25,668 nucleotides of DNA from the IMG/VR virus record IMGVR_UViG_3300012667_000220, positions 1 to 25,668 of that record; one strand, 5' to 3'. This DNA is from a virus. Taxonomy: Duplodnaviria > Caudoviricetes. The first letter of the stretch is position 1, and each line of letters starts with the position of its first letter. Shown piece by piece: positions 1 to 7,202 of the stretch. Position numbers and translations under genes: made by a program. Under the pieces are notes generated by a model that was given only the letters and a program-made list of their open reading frames with translations, had not been told where the DNA came from and did not search any database.

Positions 1-18
1 CTCCCACACCGACAGCCT

Positions 19-46
19 TTGCCCTAACGTCTTAGGGCTATACAAT
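19..46 (+). promoter_or_regulatory. Sigma-A-like promoter with an inverted repeat overlapping -35 and spacer
   Basis: TTGCCC(19-24)-16 nt-TACAAT(41-46), the same 16-nt spacing as other promoters here; perfect inverted repeat GCCCTAA-cgtc-TTAGGGC at 21-38. Confidence 0.6.
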
Positions 47-50
47 GCTC

Positions 51-292
51 ACACCTCACGATGTGGCGAGTCTCATGGAGACTAATAAGGGTAAGTTAGT
101 GCCCTTATCGTGCCGGCTCAAGGTGCGACCTTGATGTCTCGATAATGAGATGGTTTCATCCCGCCGGCTGTTGTTCGAAGGTGAAGAAGCCCACCAGCCT
201 ACCCCTCAACGCGAGCCGAGAGGCTAACGCGGAGTCTCCTTAGGTACCTTCACTCTATGTAAAGGGTTCGGTGAGGCTGAAAGCGAACTCAG
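51..292 (+). ncRNA. Candidate large structured ncRNA, family unknown
   Basis: Region without a convincing ORF, downstream of a promoter, almost fully tiled by nested helices (69-83, 85-108, 112-117/163-168, 118-134, 135-152, 173-177/284-288, 188-195/270-278, 197-201/241-245, 205-234 with a GAGA tetraloop); most G-U wobbles favour the + strand. Confidence 0.6.
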
Positions 293-450
293 GAGAGGAT
301 ATTACTGAGAACGATTGTCATTGTGACGGCGACGGAGCCTAGTGCGAGTCCTAGCCAGAACGAGGTCTTTTCGAAGCCTCTGGTGGCTCTCAGGCCGTCT
401 TCTAGGCCGTTCTCATAGCCTTCTAGGTAGTCTTCTGTGTGGTAGGTCAT
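289..450 (-). CDS. Small membrane protein, 53 aa (not in ORF track)
   Basis: Hand translation MTYHTEDYLEGYENGLEDGLRATRGFEKTSFWLGLALGSVAVTMTIVLSNILS; ATGA overlap with the upstream stop at 447-450; C-terminal hydrophobic helix. Confidence 0.75.
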   Translation of the reverse strand: MTYHTEDYLEGYENGLEDGLRATRGFEKTSFWLGLALGSVAVTMTIVLSNILS

Positions 451-728
451 AGGTCTAGCCCTTTCAAGTCTGTTGGTACTGGGACGTCTACTGGGAAGCC
501 TCGGAGATAGTCTCTGATTGCTTCAGTGGCTTGGTCGTAGGAGAGGCGGTCATATTGGTCACGTCGTTCTGGGTCTATCAGTGCGCTACGGGTTAGGAGA
601 TAAATGCGATATGCCCGTTTAGTGTCGTCTGGCTCGTTCATGACTGAGTGGACTCGGTTAGCTGGGAGTTCCCCTAGGAAGAGGGCGTCAGCTTCAAAGT
701 GTTCAGTTCTGATGTGAACGAGTTTCAT
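447..728 (-). CDS. Hypothetical protein, 93 aa
   Basis: ORF 447..809 trimmed to the ATG at 728 (ATGA overlap with the upstream stop). Confidence 0.7.
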   Translation of the reverse strand: MKLVHIRTEHFEADALFLGELPANRVHSVMNEPDDTKRAYRIYLLTRSALIDPERRDQYDRLSYDQATEAIRDYLRGFPVDVPVPTDLKGLDL

Positions 729-916
729 GAGTAGTCCCAATTCAGTGAGACGGCGTAAAGAAAGGACCCTAGCCAGATGTCGAGGTGTCGTGAGGTGTCT
801 GTGCGCCACAGTTGGAAGCCGAAAGTCCGATATTTGGAGAGGTAACGCTTCCTCGCACAGCGATACTTTCTGAATAGCCAGTAGTAGCGTCGTCTTTCTT
901 TCATCACTGCTCCCAT
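725..916 (-). CDS. Hypothetical basic/aromatic protein
   Basis: Fills the gap and is translationally coupled to the next gene; may start at ATG 904 behind GGAG. Confidence 0.6.
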   Translation of the reverse strand: MGAVMKERRRYYWLFRKYRCARKRYLSKYRTFGFQLWRTDTSRHLDIWLGSFLYAVSLNWDYS

Positions 917-919
917 CGC

Positions 920-953
920 GTCAGAACTATACCTGTAACGGTATAGTTTTGAC
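920..953. repeat. 14-bp inverted repeat (operator or hairpin)
   Basis: GTCAGAACTATACC-tgtaac-GGTATAGTTTTGAC, one mismatch, fills nearly the whole intergenic gap. Confidence 0.7.
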
Positions 954-1301
954 TCATTCTGTTTCCCAGCTTCGATAAGGATTTAGAGTGTGGTCAACCG
1001 GCTCAAAAGTGGCATCCTCAACACCAGCATCGTGGCCCTCTTGCCAAGCTTTCGCTTTCAAAGCCCTAGCCCTGTAGGAGAGCCCGTTTTCTGTGAAGAA
1101 GTCTGCGACTGCTAGTTTCTTTGTTTCGTCAAGCCAGCGGTCGAACTCGGCGTCAGCTTGAGCCTCGTCAATCAGCTCGAACCTGTTGTCACCAATCTTG
1201 ATTAGTCGGCTCTGATATACGTCGCGGACTTCTTCTGTTGTAGGTGTGTAATGCCTTGTAGAGCCGTCACTAACAGTGTTACTGCCTGAAATATCAGTCA
1301 T
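954..1301 (-). CDS. Hypothetical phage protein
   Basis: 115-aa ORF with GGAG upstream; YTPTTEEVR...AEFDRWL and AWQEG...NPY motifs resemble small actinophage proteins. Confidence 0.75.
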   Translation of the reverse strand: MTDISGSNTVSDGSTRHYTPTTEEVRDVYQSRLIKIGDNRFELIDEAQADAEFDRWLDETKKLAVADFFTENGLSYRARALKAKAWQEGHDAGVEDATFEPVDHTLNPYRSWETE

Positions 1302-1470
1302 TATCGTCTCCCTCAGCGTCTAGAACAGCCTGAGTCGCGGCCCAACGCTTCGGATAATCCTTCTTATCCCACCGATTCACCCGTGACCCGTCCTTCATCA
1401 CAGCGATACTCCAGCCGTCATACACGCCTCGAAGCTCGACAAGGTAGGCGACGTTTTCGCGGTCAATCAC
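1294..1470 (-). CDS. Hypothetical protein
   Basis: ORF 1294..1491, probable GTG start at 1470; contains GVYDGWS...NRW. Confidence 0.65.
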   Translation of the reverse strand: MIDRENVAYLVELRGVYDGWSIAVMKDGSRVNRWDKKDYPKRWAATQAVLDAEGDDND

Positions 1471-1816
1471 GCTCAAGCCTCTGAATCTCACGCTCGATGA
1501 ACTCGATAGCTTTTGTTAGCGCGTCAATCTCTTCGCTCATGTCAGCGATGACTCCCACGAGGGTCGAGATAGCTTCTGATTTTACGTCGGCAACGATTCC
1601 AGACAGAGCAGACTGTACGGATGCGTCATCTCGGTTCTTGGAGCGAAGTTCTCGGTCGTGGTCGTCTAGGAAGTCCCACGCGAGCTCTGTGACAGCGTCC
1701 TGAGTCGTTCCATACACTCGGACCGGGTACAGCATCCCTTCAGGGGTGAACTCGGCGTAATGGCTCTTCCCTGACGGATGGTCTGTAGTGCCGAACTTGA
1801 TGGTCGGGAGGGTCAC
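1463..1816 (-). CDS. Hypothetical protein with C-terminal coiled coil
   Basis: ORF 1463..1873 trimmed to GTG 1816 (GTGA overlap). Confidence 0.7.
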   Translation of the reverse strand: MTLPTIKFGTTDHPSGKSHYAEFTPEGMLYPVRVYGTTQDAVTELAWDFLDDHDRELRSKNRDDASVQSALSGIVADVKSEAISTLVGVIADMSEEIDALTKAIEFIEREIQRLERD

Positions 1817-2004
1817 TTTGTTTTCTCGATTTCTTTGATAGCCCATGCGATGACGGAGCACTCGGTACAGCAATCTCCCCCACAGTCTTGGTCTCTGAGG
1901 ATGGTTAGGACGCGGGTGCGTTCAGCTTGGACTCCTTTAGTAAAGGCGTCTCTTTTGAGGATGTTCAAGGTCTCTCCTGTCGTGACGATTTCGTCTGGAA
2001 TCAC
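1813..2004 (-). CDS. Small Cys-rich hypothetical protein
   Basis: 63 aa, GTGA overlaps at both ends, CGGDCCTEC cluster. Confidence 0.7.
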   Translation of the reverse strand: MIPDEIVTTGETLNILKRDAFTKGVQAERTRVLTILRDQDCGGDCCTECSVIAWAIKEIEKTK

Positions 2005-2168
2005 GAGGTCTTCTTGGCTGGGCGTCGCCCGTCGAGGATGTCTCGGATGCGTGCCTCTTCGATGTTCTTGTCCGCTTCTTTGCGGTGTTCAAGATAGTCG
2101 GTATTGAAACGCTCGGATTCAATCTTGCCAAGGTACTCGTTAATCTGTTGTGCGGCTGTTAGTGCCAT
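2001..2168 (-). CDS. Hypothetical protein, 55 aa (not in ORF track)
   Basis: Hand translation MALTAAQQINEYLGKIESERFNTDYLEHRKEADKNIEEARIRDILDGRRPAKKTS; GGAGG upstream; stop overlaps the next start. Confidence 0.75.
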   Translation of the reverse strand: MALTAAQQINEYLGKIESERFNTDYLEHRKEADKNIEEARIRDILDGRRPAKKTS

Positions 2169-2172
2169 GTTC

Positions 2173-2847
2173 TTATCCCTCCAAAAGCGAGAAGTCGAAT
2201 GTCTGATTTGCTAGGCGTGAAGCGATGATTTCACAGTATTTCTCCTCTAACTCTACGCCTACGGCTTTCCTTCCGAGGTTTCGAGCGGCTAGGAGTGTCG
2301 AGCCTGACCCTGCAAAGGGGTCTGCGATGGTTCCCTCAGGACACCGGTCTATGAGGAGCTCCATCAGTCCGACGGGTTTAGGCGTCGGGTGTCCTATCTT
2401 GGCGACCTCGATGGAGCGGGCTTCTTTTGTCTCGATGACTGACCTCATAGGGGGAGAGGTCTTCTTGAATCCTGTTCCGAGGACGTAGATTTCTTCGTGC
2501 TGGACCATGAACGGGGCTGTCAGCGGTCCGGGGGCCTGTCCACGCTTCCACCAGATGAGGAGGTGTTGCGTGTTGGCTGGGCGGGGCTTTTTCCATGAGC
2601 CGAAGACTATGGCTGGCTTGTCTCCCCATGCTTGAAGAGCTGAGTCGCGGATTCCGATGTTCTCGTCGTTCGCAATCCCATCCTTCCACTTGGAGGAGCT
2701 CCCTTCTCCGTCGTAGTTGCTCGTCCCTTTCCATGCGATGCCATAGGGAGGGTCTGTGACGAGAGCGTCAGCTTCTAGCCATGCGGTTTCTGTTAGACAG
2801 TCGCCAAGGTAGAGGGTGACGTAGTCGTCTTTGTAGTAGAGGCTCAC
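2173..2847 (-). CDS. DNA N6-adenine/N4-cytosine methyltransferase (beta class)
   Basis: Catalytic TDPPY motif precedes HPTPKP and the SAM-binding DPFAGSGST motif. Confidence 0.93.
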   Translation of the reverse strand: MSLYYKDDYVTLYLGDCLTETAWLEADALVTDPPYGIAWKGTSNYDGEGSSSKWKDGIANDENIGIRDSALQAWGDKPAIVFGSWKKPRPANTQHLLIWWKRGQAPGPLTAPFMVQHEEIYVLGTGFKKTSPPMRSVIETKEARSIEVAKIGHPTPKPVGLMELLIDRCPEGTIADPFAGSGSTLLAARNLGRKAVGVELEEKYCEIIASRLANQTFDFSLLEG

Positions 2848-3026
2848 GCTGAGGCTTTCTGAAAGTCGAATAGTTGGTAGAGGTCTTTTCGTCCGGCTCT
2901 CCAGAGTGCCTTGTAGAGTGCGCCGGGGCTTTTGTTGAGCGCGGTCGGGATGTAGTAGGGGCTCATCCCGTTATCGAGGAGCCAGACTGTCTCTTCGACG
3001 ATTTCTTCACGAGTCAAGTCGCTCAC
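2844..3026 (-). CDS. Small HTH-like protein
   Basis: 60 aa, coupled at both ends; GMSPYYIPTALNKSPGALYKALWRAGR resembles a helix-turn-helix. Confidence 0.65.
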   Translation of the reverse strand: MSDLTREEIVEETVWLLDNGMSPYYIPTALNKSPGALYKALWRAGRKDLYQLFDFQKASA

Positions 3027-3313
3027 TTTGACACCTGCCAGACCTTAGCGAAGCGTCCTGAGGGTAGTTTGACCTCTAGGCCAGTAGCGGAGACGAAGCC
3101 TTCACGGACAAGCTCTGCTCTCCGGCTCCGTATGCCACTCTCAGAGGCTCTTGGAGCTCCCTTGAGGTTTCCATACGCTTCGACGAGTTCGACGTCTGTA
3201 CGGGCTCTCACGAGACACTTCAAAATGTAGTGTTTGGTCAGGCTGATGTCCTTGACGGACTTCGCGGCGTCGTGTGAGGTCTGTGGGTCTGTTTTGCGGG
3301 CTTTAGCGGTCAC
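3023..3313 (-). CDS. Winged-helix DNA-binding protein
   Basis: ARKTDPQTSHDAA...SGIRSRRAELVREG...SGRFAKVW, a phage HTH-type pattern; GAGGAG RBS before GTG 3313. Confidence 0.8.
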   Translation of the reverse strand: MTAKARKTDPQTSHDAAKSVKDISLTKHYILKCLVRARTDVELVEAYGNLKGAPRASESGIRSRRAELVREGFVSATGLEVKLPSGRFAKVWQVSK

Positions 3314-3431
3314 GGTTCTTCTCCTCAAATGGAAGGGTGATTGTGTAGTGCTCTGGGTCGAAGGGGCAGAAGACTTCTCCGGGTGGAAGGTCTTTGCGGC
3401 AAGTCATACAGCGGTCATACGTCGGAGCCAT
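3303..3431 (-). CDS. Small Zn-finger-like protein, 42 aa
   Basis: ATG 3431 behind GGAGG; CxxC...C..H (MAPTYDRCMTCRKDLPPGEVFCPFDPEH). Confidence 0.6.
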   Translation of the reverse strand: MAPTYDRCMTCRKDLPPGEVFCPFDPEHYTITLPFEEKNRDR

Positions 3432-3433
3432 GC

Positions 3434-3562
3434 TTAGCCTCCCTGTATGGCCCACAGGGCGACGATGAACAGTTGTAGGGCTACTGCGAAGGATGCGAGC
3501 AGAGCTGTCCAGAAGACGAAGCGGACGGCGGTGCGGACTCGGTAGTAGTTGCGTGACTTCAT
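3434..3562 (-). CDS. Small membrane protein, 42 aa (not in ORF track)
   Basis: Hand translation MKSRNYYRVRTAVRFVFWTALLASFAVALQLFIVALWAIQGG; TAATG overlap with the upstream stop. Confidence 0.7.
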   Translation of the reverse strand: MKSRNYYRVRTAVRFVFWTALLASFAVALQLFIVALWAIQGG

Positions 3563-3777
3563 TACTTCCCCGCAATCAGGATGACGGTCAGGATAGTCAG
3601 GAGTGCGATGTTGACACCGACGAGGATGTTTGCGATGCGGACAAGGTGAGGCTCGATTCGGTAGGTGTAGCGAACCCCGGGAGGGAACGTGGAGAAGAGG
3701 TCAGACTGGACTTCTGCCTTCGTCTGATTCCACGCTGTCGATGACACTTGCTGGACGTCGATTTCTATGTAGCTCAT
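3562..3777 (-). CDS. Small protein with C-terminal TM helix
   Basis: ATG 3777 after a purine-rich leader; hydrophobic ILVGVNIALLTILTVILIA. Confidence 0.7.
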   Translation of the reverse strand: MSYIEIDVQQVSSTAWNQTKAEVQSDLFSTFPPGVRYTYRIEPHLVRIANILVGVNIALLTILTVILIAGK

Positions 3778-3793
3778 TTCTCTCTCTTCTCTC

Positions 3794-4336
3794 TTATGCG
3801 GCTTTGACACGGGATAGCTGGGTGGACTTGCGGCCTTCGTAGTCGTCGAACGACTTGACGGTTCCGCGAACGGTGATTCGGTCTCCCTTTTCAGCGGACC
3901 AAGCCCAGCCGGCGGTCGTGAATGCTTTGACCTCGTGTTCGAAGTCGACGCGGATGATGACGAGGAGCGAAGTGCCGAACTGGGTCTCGACGGTGCGGAT
4001 GTAGGAGACGGTTCCGTCGAGTTCTACAGCGTCGCCGATGTTTGATTCGATGTATGCGCTGGAGCTGTTGGCGATGTCGCGCATAGCCTTGAGTTCTGCC
4101 TGACGCTCAATGTCGAAAGCGTGCTGAACGCGAATCTTCTCTCCCTCGATAGCGTCGCGCTTGGCCTTGCGGGCTTCGCGCTTCGCTTCCTCTTCTGGGG
4201 TGTAGACGCGAACGCGGACGACCTTTGCTCCGTTACATTTGAAGCAAACTCCGTCGAACGTGGAAGCGAACTCCATCATCACGCCACGGCCTGAGCACTT
4301 TGGACAGGTGACGGTCGTGTAGACCTTCTCAGCCAT
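3794..4336 (-). CDS. Zn-finger + OB-fold nucleic-acid-binding protein
   Basis: CPKCSGRG...CFKCNG, a charged helix, then an OB-like C-terminus (GDRITVRGTVK...YEGRKSTQLSRV). Confidence 0.75.
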   Translation of the reverse strand: MAEKVYTTVTCPKCSGRGVMMEFASTFDGVCFKCNGAKVVRVRVYTPEEEAKREARKAKRDAIEGEKIRVQHAFDIERQAELKAMRDIANSSSAYIESNIGDAVELDGTVSYIRTVETQFGTSLLVIIRVDFEHEVKAFTTAGWAWSAEKGDRITVRGTVKSFDDYEGRKSTQLSRVKAA

Positions 4337-4581
4337 TAGAGGAACACTCCGTACTGAGTAGCGACAGCCTTTGCGGCGTAGAAGCGAAGCTGAGCTGACT
4401 GGTAGATGTCTTTGAAATCTTCATTGTCACCGATGAGCTTACGAAGACGGTCGAGCTTACGCATTTCGTACTCAGCGGCCCAGAAGTCGTCAGAAGCTTT
4501 CTTTTCTGCGGCGTAGAACTCAGCCATCATCTCGTCAGTGACGTCCGATGTGTCGATGTTGTCGATGTCGATGTTGCTCAT
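4336..4581 (-). CDS. Acidic hypothetical protein
   Basis: 81 aa, first gene after a strong promoter; TAATG overlap downstream. Confidence 0.75.
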   Translation of the reverse strand: MSNIDIDNIDTSDVTDEMMAEFYAAEKKASDDFWAAEYEMRKLDRLRKLIGDNEDFKDIYQSAQLRFYAAKAVATQYGVFL

Positions 4582-4625
4582 GATTTCTTCTCTCTATTAG
4601 CGGGATGATTTACCCGGTATAAACA

Positions 4626-4653
4626 ACAATATCCCCAGAAGCTGAGATGTCAA
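4626..4653 (-). promoter_or_regulatory. Strong sigma-A-like promoter
   Basis: TTGACA(4653-4648)-16 nt-TATTGT(4631-4626) in an AT-rich intergenic gap. Confidence 0.75.
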
Positions 4654-4689
4654 CTTCCGAGGATAATGTTTTGTAACGGTTTGATAACG

Positions 4690-5106
4690 CTAAGTCACGA
4701 CAAGCGGGATATGTTCGAACTCCAGAATCGTCACGTCAGCTCCGGGAGGACGCCCGTCAGCGTAGAACTTCTCCGCTTCCCACCGGATTATTAGGCTGTC
4801 GTCGACGAGCAGATTTGAGTTAATGCTCAATCCGTCTCCGAGCGAGCGACACAGCTTGTCTAAGTCAGGAGCGACCGTGGGGAGCAGACGCTTCACCGAC
4901 GAAGGGCGAGGAAGAAAGAACTTCACCCGCACCTCCACCGACGTCGCGAAAGGCTCCACGTCTCCAAGGTCAGCGACAGCTTCAGCTACAGCGTTACGCC
5001 ACGGACCGACCTTCTTAGACGACTCGATGAATCGACCGTTCCCAATGTAACGCTTGCTCCCCTGAGGGGCAGGTTCGCCCACAATGGTCAGGTCGACTCG
5101 ACGCAT
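4690..5106 (-). CDS. rusA: RusA-like Holliday junction resolvase
   Basis: GEPAPQGSK...PDLDKLCRSLGDGL...DDSLI signature. Confidence 0.92.
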   Translation of the reverse strand: MRRVDLTIVGEPAPQGSKRYIGNGRFIESSKKVGPWRNAVAEAVADLGDVEPFATSVEVRVKFFLPRPSSVKRLLPTVAPDLDKLCRSLGDGLSINSNLLVDDSLIIRWEAEKFYADGRPPGADVTILEFEHIPLVVT

Positions 5107-5462
5107 TAGAACGGAGCGTCAGGGTCTACGGCTGGAGCGGCCCACGGCTCACCCTGCGCCTTCACGAACTTCGACAGTGCTGAAGCGTTAATGACGTTGT
5201 TGTAGTAAATCTTCCCGTCAGCCTTCTCGGTCTTCTTGGTTCGGAACGAGCCCTCGATGACGAGGAGGTCTCCCTCAGCGAACTGAGTCAAGTCAGCTCC
5301 TGCTCGGTCTACCCAGACGTCATAATAAGTGTTCGTCCCGTCCTGCTCCCAAGCTCCGGTCGTCTCGTTCTTGCGAGAGTGGCGTTCACCAATCTCGAAC
5401 AAGGTCGAAGTCCCGATTGACTTGATGGTGTTCAGGTATGCGGTCACTTTGATTTGTGCCAT
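5106..5462 (-). CDS. ssb: Single-stranded DNA-binding protein
   Basis: OB-fold pattern (TYYDVWV...EGDLLVIEG) and acidic C-terminal tail DPDAPF; ATG 5462. Confidence 0.88.
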   Translation of the reverse strand: MAQIKVTAYLNTIKSIGTSTLFEIGERHSRKNETTGAWEQDGTNTYYDVWVDRAGADLTQFAEGDLLVIEGSFRTKKTEKADGKIYYNNVINASALSKFVKAQGEPWAAPAVDPDAPF

Positions 5463-5477
5463 TTTGTTTTCTCTTTT

Positions 5478-5505
5478 CATGTAGAGGGCTGATGCCCTGT
5501 GTCAA
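5478..5505 (-). promoter_or_regulatory. Possible promoter for ssb-rusA
   Basis: TTGACA(5505-5500)-16 nt-TACATG, a non-canonical -10; short inverted repeat AGGGC-atca-GCCCT in the spacer. Confidence 0.4.
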
Positions 5506-5514
5506 TCCTACGGT

Positions 5515-6357
5515 TTACAGATTCCTCTGGGCTTCTTCCTCGGCGAGTCTCTTTGAGCAAGGGATACACCTCCACAGTGAGAGGCCGTGCTCACACTCGG
5601 GGGCTGAGGTGGCGTTCTCACGAGCAAGACGCATCTCTTCAGCCAGTTCACGAGACCGCTGGAGCTCCCGCTCACGAGCTACACGAGCCTTCTCCATCTC
5701 CAAGTCCGCAAGCTCCTCCTTAGAGCGTTCACGAGGCGCGTAGGGCTCGTTAGACCACCCTCCGGCCCTGAGCCAAGACGCAGGGTATGGAATGAACTGA
5801 CGAGGAGGAAGATTCGGGTCGTTAGCAAGTCGACGAGCACCGTTGAGGATGTCCTCTAGGCCGTTGTCTTTCACAGCCTTGACGAAAGCTTTCTTCGCGT
5901 TGAACTTGTCTACCTTCTTCGGATATATCTCCCAGAAAGATTCGAACTCATCCTCACCCGCAGGGTGGGGGATTACTTCTTTAATCTGTTCTTCTTTAGT
6001 AATGGTGTTCTTAGTGGCCTTGTTATCCGTCACCGGGTTTTCCGGCAACGGTGAATCCGCCACCGGCTCCGAAGTAGTCCAGACAGTCTCTGAGAAGCGA
6101 CCGTCGTCAGACCTTTCCTGAGTGCGTGACAAGTAGCCAGCATCCTCCAGCTCACTGATAGCACTTGCTATCAAATCACGCCCGCATCCGTTCGCCTCAG
6201 CGAGAGACCGGATTGAGACAGACCACCCGGGAGAGTGAGTCATGAGCTGAGCGAGCAAGCCCTTCGACTTGAGTGAGAGACGCTTATCTCTGAGCCATGC
6301 GTTCGGAATCTGAGTGAACTGGTCCTCGAACGTGTGACGGCTTCTGACAATCGGCAT
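5515..6357 (-). CDS. Phage replication initiator (HTH + replisome-organiser-like domain)
   Basis: FTQIPNAWLRDKRLSLKSKGLL HTH N-terminus; FESFWEIYPKKVDK...AF and FIPYPASWL motifs; ATG 6357 coupled to the HNH stop. Confidence 0.85.
   Translation of the reverse strand: MPIVRSRHTFEDQFTQIPNAWLRDKRLSLKSKGLLAQLMTHSPGWSVSIRSLAEANGCGRDLIASAISELEDAGYLSRTQERSDDGRFSETVWTTSEPVADSPLPENPVTDNKATKNTITKEEQIKEVIPHPAGEDEFESFWEIYPKKVDKFNAKKAFVKAVKDNGLEDILNGARRLANDPNLPPRQFIPYPASWLRAGGWSNEPYAPRERSKEELADLEMEKARVARERELQRSRELAEEMRLARENATSAPECEHGLSLWRCIPCSKRLAEEEAQRNL
6022..6066. repeat. Three tandem 15-bp imperfect repeats, putative iterons/origin
   Basis: Minus strand CCGGTGGCGGATTCA / CCGTTGCCGGAAAAC / CCGGTGACGGATAAC, next to an AT-rich tract at ~5971-6021. 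Confidence 0.6.
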
Positions 6358-6689
6358 TAGTCGTCCTTCCCTACTTCTTGAATCGTGTATTCGTCGTCTA
6401 TCAGGAACCAAGCTCCACGGTTCGGATACCAGACAGGCACGAGAGACGAGTCAGTGTTTGTTGACACCTTCCAGCCATACGTCCGGGCCAGCTCCGCCGT
6501 GTAAGCGTCAGACTCCATGAGGCCATTAATCAGCGAGCACATGGAGACGATGTTCGAAGGGACGTCACGCTTCTTCGACCCACCCATTCCGCGATTAGCT
6601 CGATGATGTGGGACAGCGGTCTCGACGTCGCCACAGTGGACACAGCCGCCGTCACGGTCGAGGAACTTCTTGAACTGTTTGACGTTCAT
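6357..6689 (-). CDS. HNH endonuclease-family protein
   Basis: RDGGCVHCG...HHRANRGMGGS...SNIVSMC; ATG 6689 (ATGA overlap). Confidence 0.85.
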   Translation of the reverse strand: MNVKQFKKFLDRDGGCVHCGDVETAVPHHRANRGMGGSKKRDVPSNIVSMCSLINGLMESDAYTAELARTYGWKVSTNTDSSLVPVWYPNRGAWFLIDDEYTIQEVGKDD

Positions 6690-7054
6690 CGCTCCCCCTG
6701 CCCAGCACTCTTCCACATGAGCTCCACGAGTCGCGCCTGAGTCTGGATAGACATTTGAGCGAGCTCTAGGTTCTTCATCTTGGTTCGGACTCTGTTGTAT
6801 TCAGCCTTAGAGATTGCCTCGTGAAGACGTTCCTTCTCAGCTCGAAGCTTTGCCCCAGCCTGACGGTCAACGACAGTCCCCTCCAGCGAGAGAAGAGCCA
6901 TAGCCTCAGCCTTCTCAGCGGCAAGAGTAGCCTCAGCATATTTGACCTCTGCCTCGTACTGAGCCTTCACTCCACGAGATGCTTCTGCCCGGACGTTCAC
7001 CAGTTCACGGATGATGACGTCAGGCGTTACGAGCTCACTCAACGGTCTCTCCAT
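6686..7054 (-). CDS. Helical/coiled-coil protein in the recombination operon
   Basis: 122-aa Ala/Glu/Lys-rich helical ORF; a recombination-mediator role is inferred from position only. Confidence 0.7.
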   Translation of the reverse strand: MERPLSELVTPDVIIRELVNVRAEASRGVKAQYEAEVKYAEATLAAEKAEAMALLSLEGTVVDRQAGAKLRAEKERLHEAISKAEYNRVRTKMKNLELAQMSIQTQARLVELMWKSAGQGER

Positions 7055-7202
7055 CTAGGACAGCGTTCAGCCTGTCAGCGATGCGCTTCTGTTCCTTCTT
7101 CAAGCCCGGAAGGCGAGCGTCATACTTTGACGTCTCCACAATGAGCTCAGTTATCTGGGCCAGCGAAGAGATGAGAATCTCACGCTTCACGAAGTCACTC
7201 AA
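7035..7202 (-). CDS. Hypothetical protein
   Basis: ORF 7035..7223, probable TTG start at 7202 behind GGGAG. Confidence 0.6.
   Translation of the reverse strand: MSDFVKREILISSLAQITELIVETSKYDARLPGLKKEQKRIADRLNAVLDGETVE

Noticed and set aside
45-134. 29-codon + strand ORF from ATG 45 (or 19 codons from ATG 75)
   Set aside because: The first ATG overlaps the -10 element, there is no RBS, and the peptide is unrecognisable; RNA structure explains the region better
51-292. tRNA, tmRNA, RNase P or hammerhead identity for the structured region
   Set aside because: No cloverleaf or CCA end, no tag ORF, no GAGGAAAGUCC, no CUGANGA/GAAA core
293-410. Further + strand stems (GAGCC/GGCTC, a UUCG-capped stem) as a definite part of the ncRNA
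   Set aside because: They lie antisense to a convincing 53-aa gene and could be incidental; kept only as a possible extension
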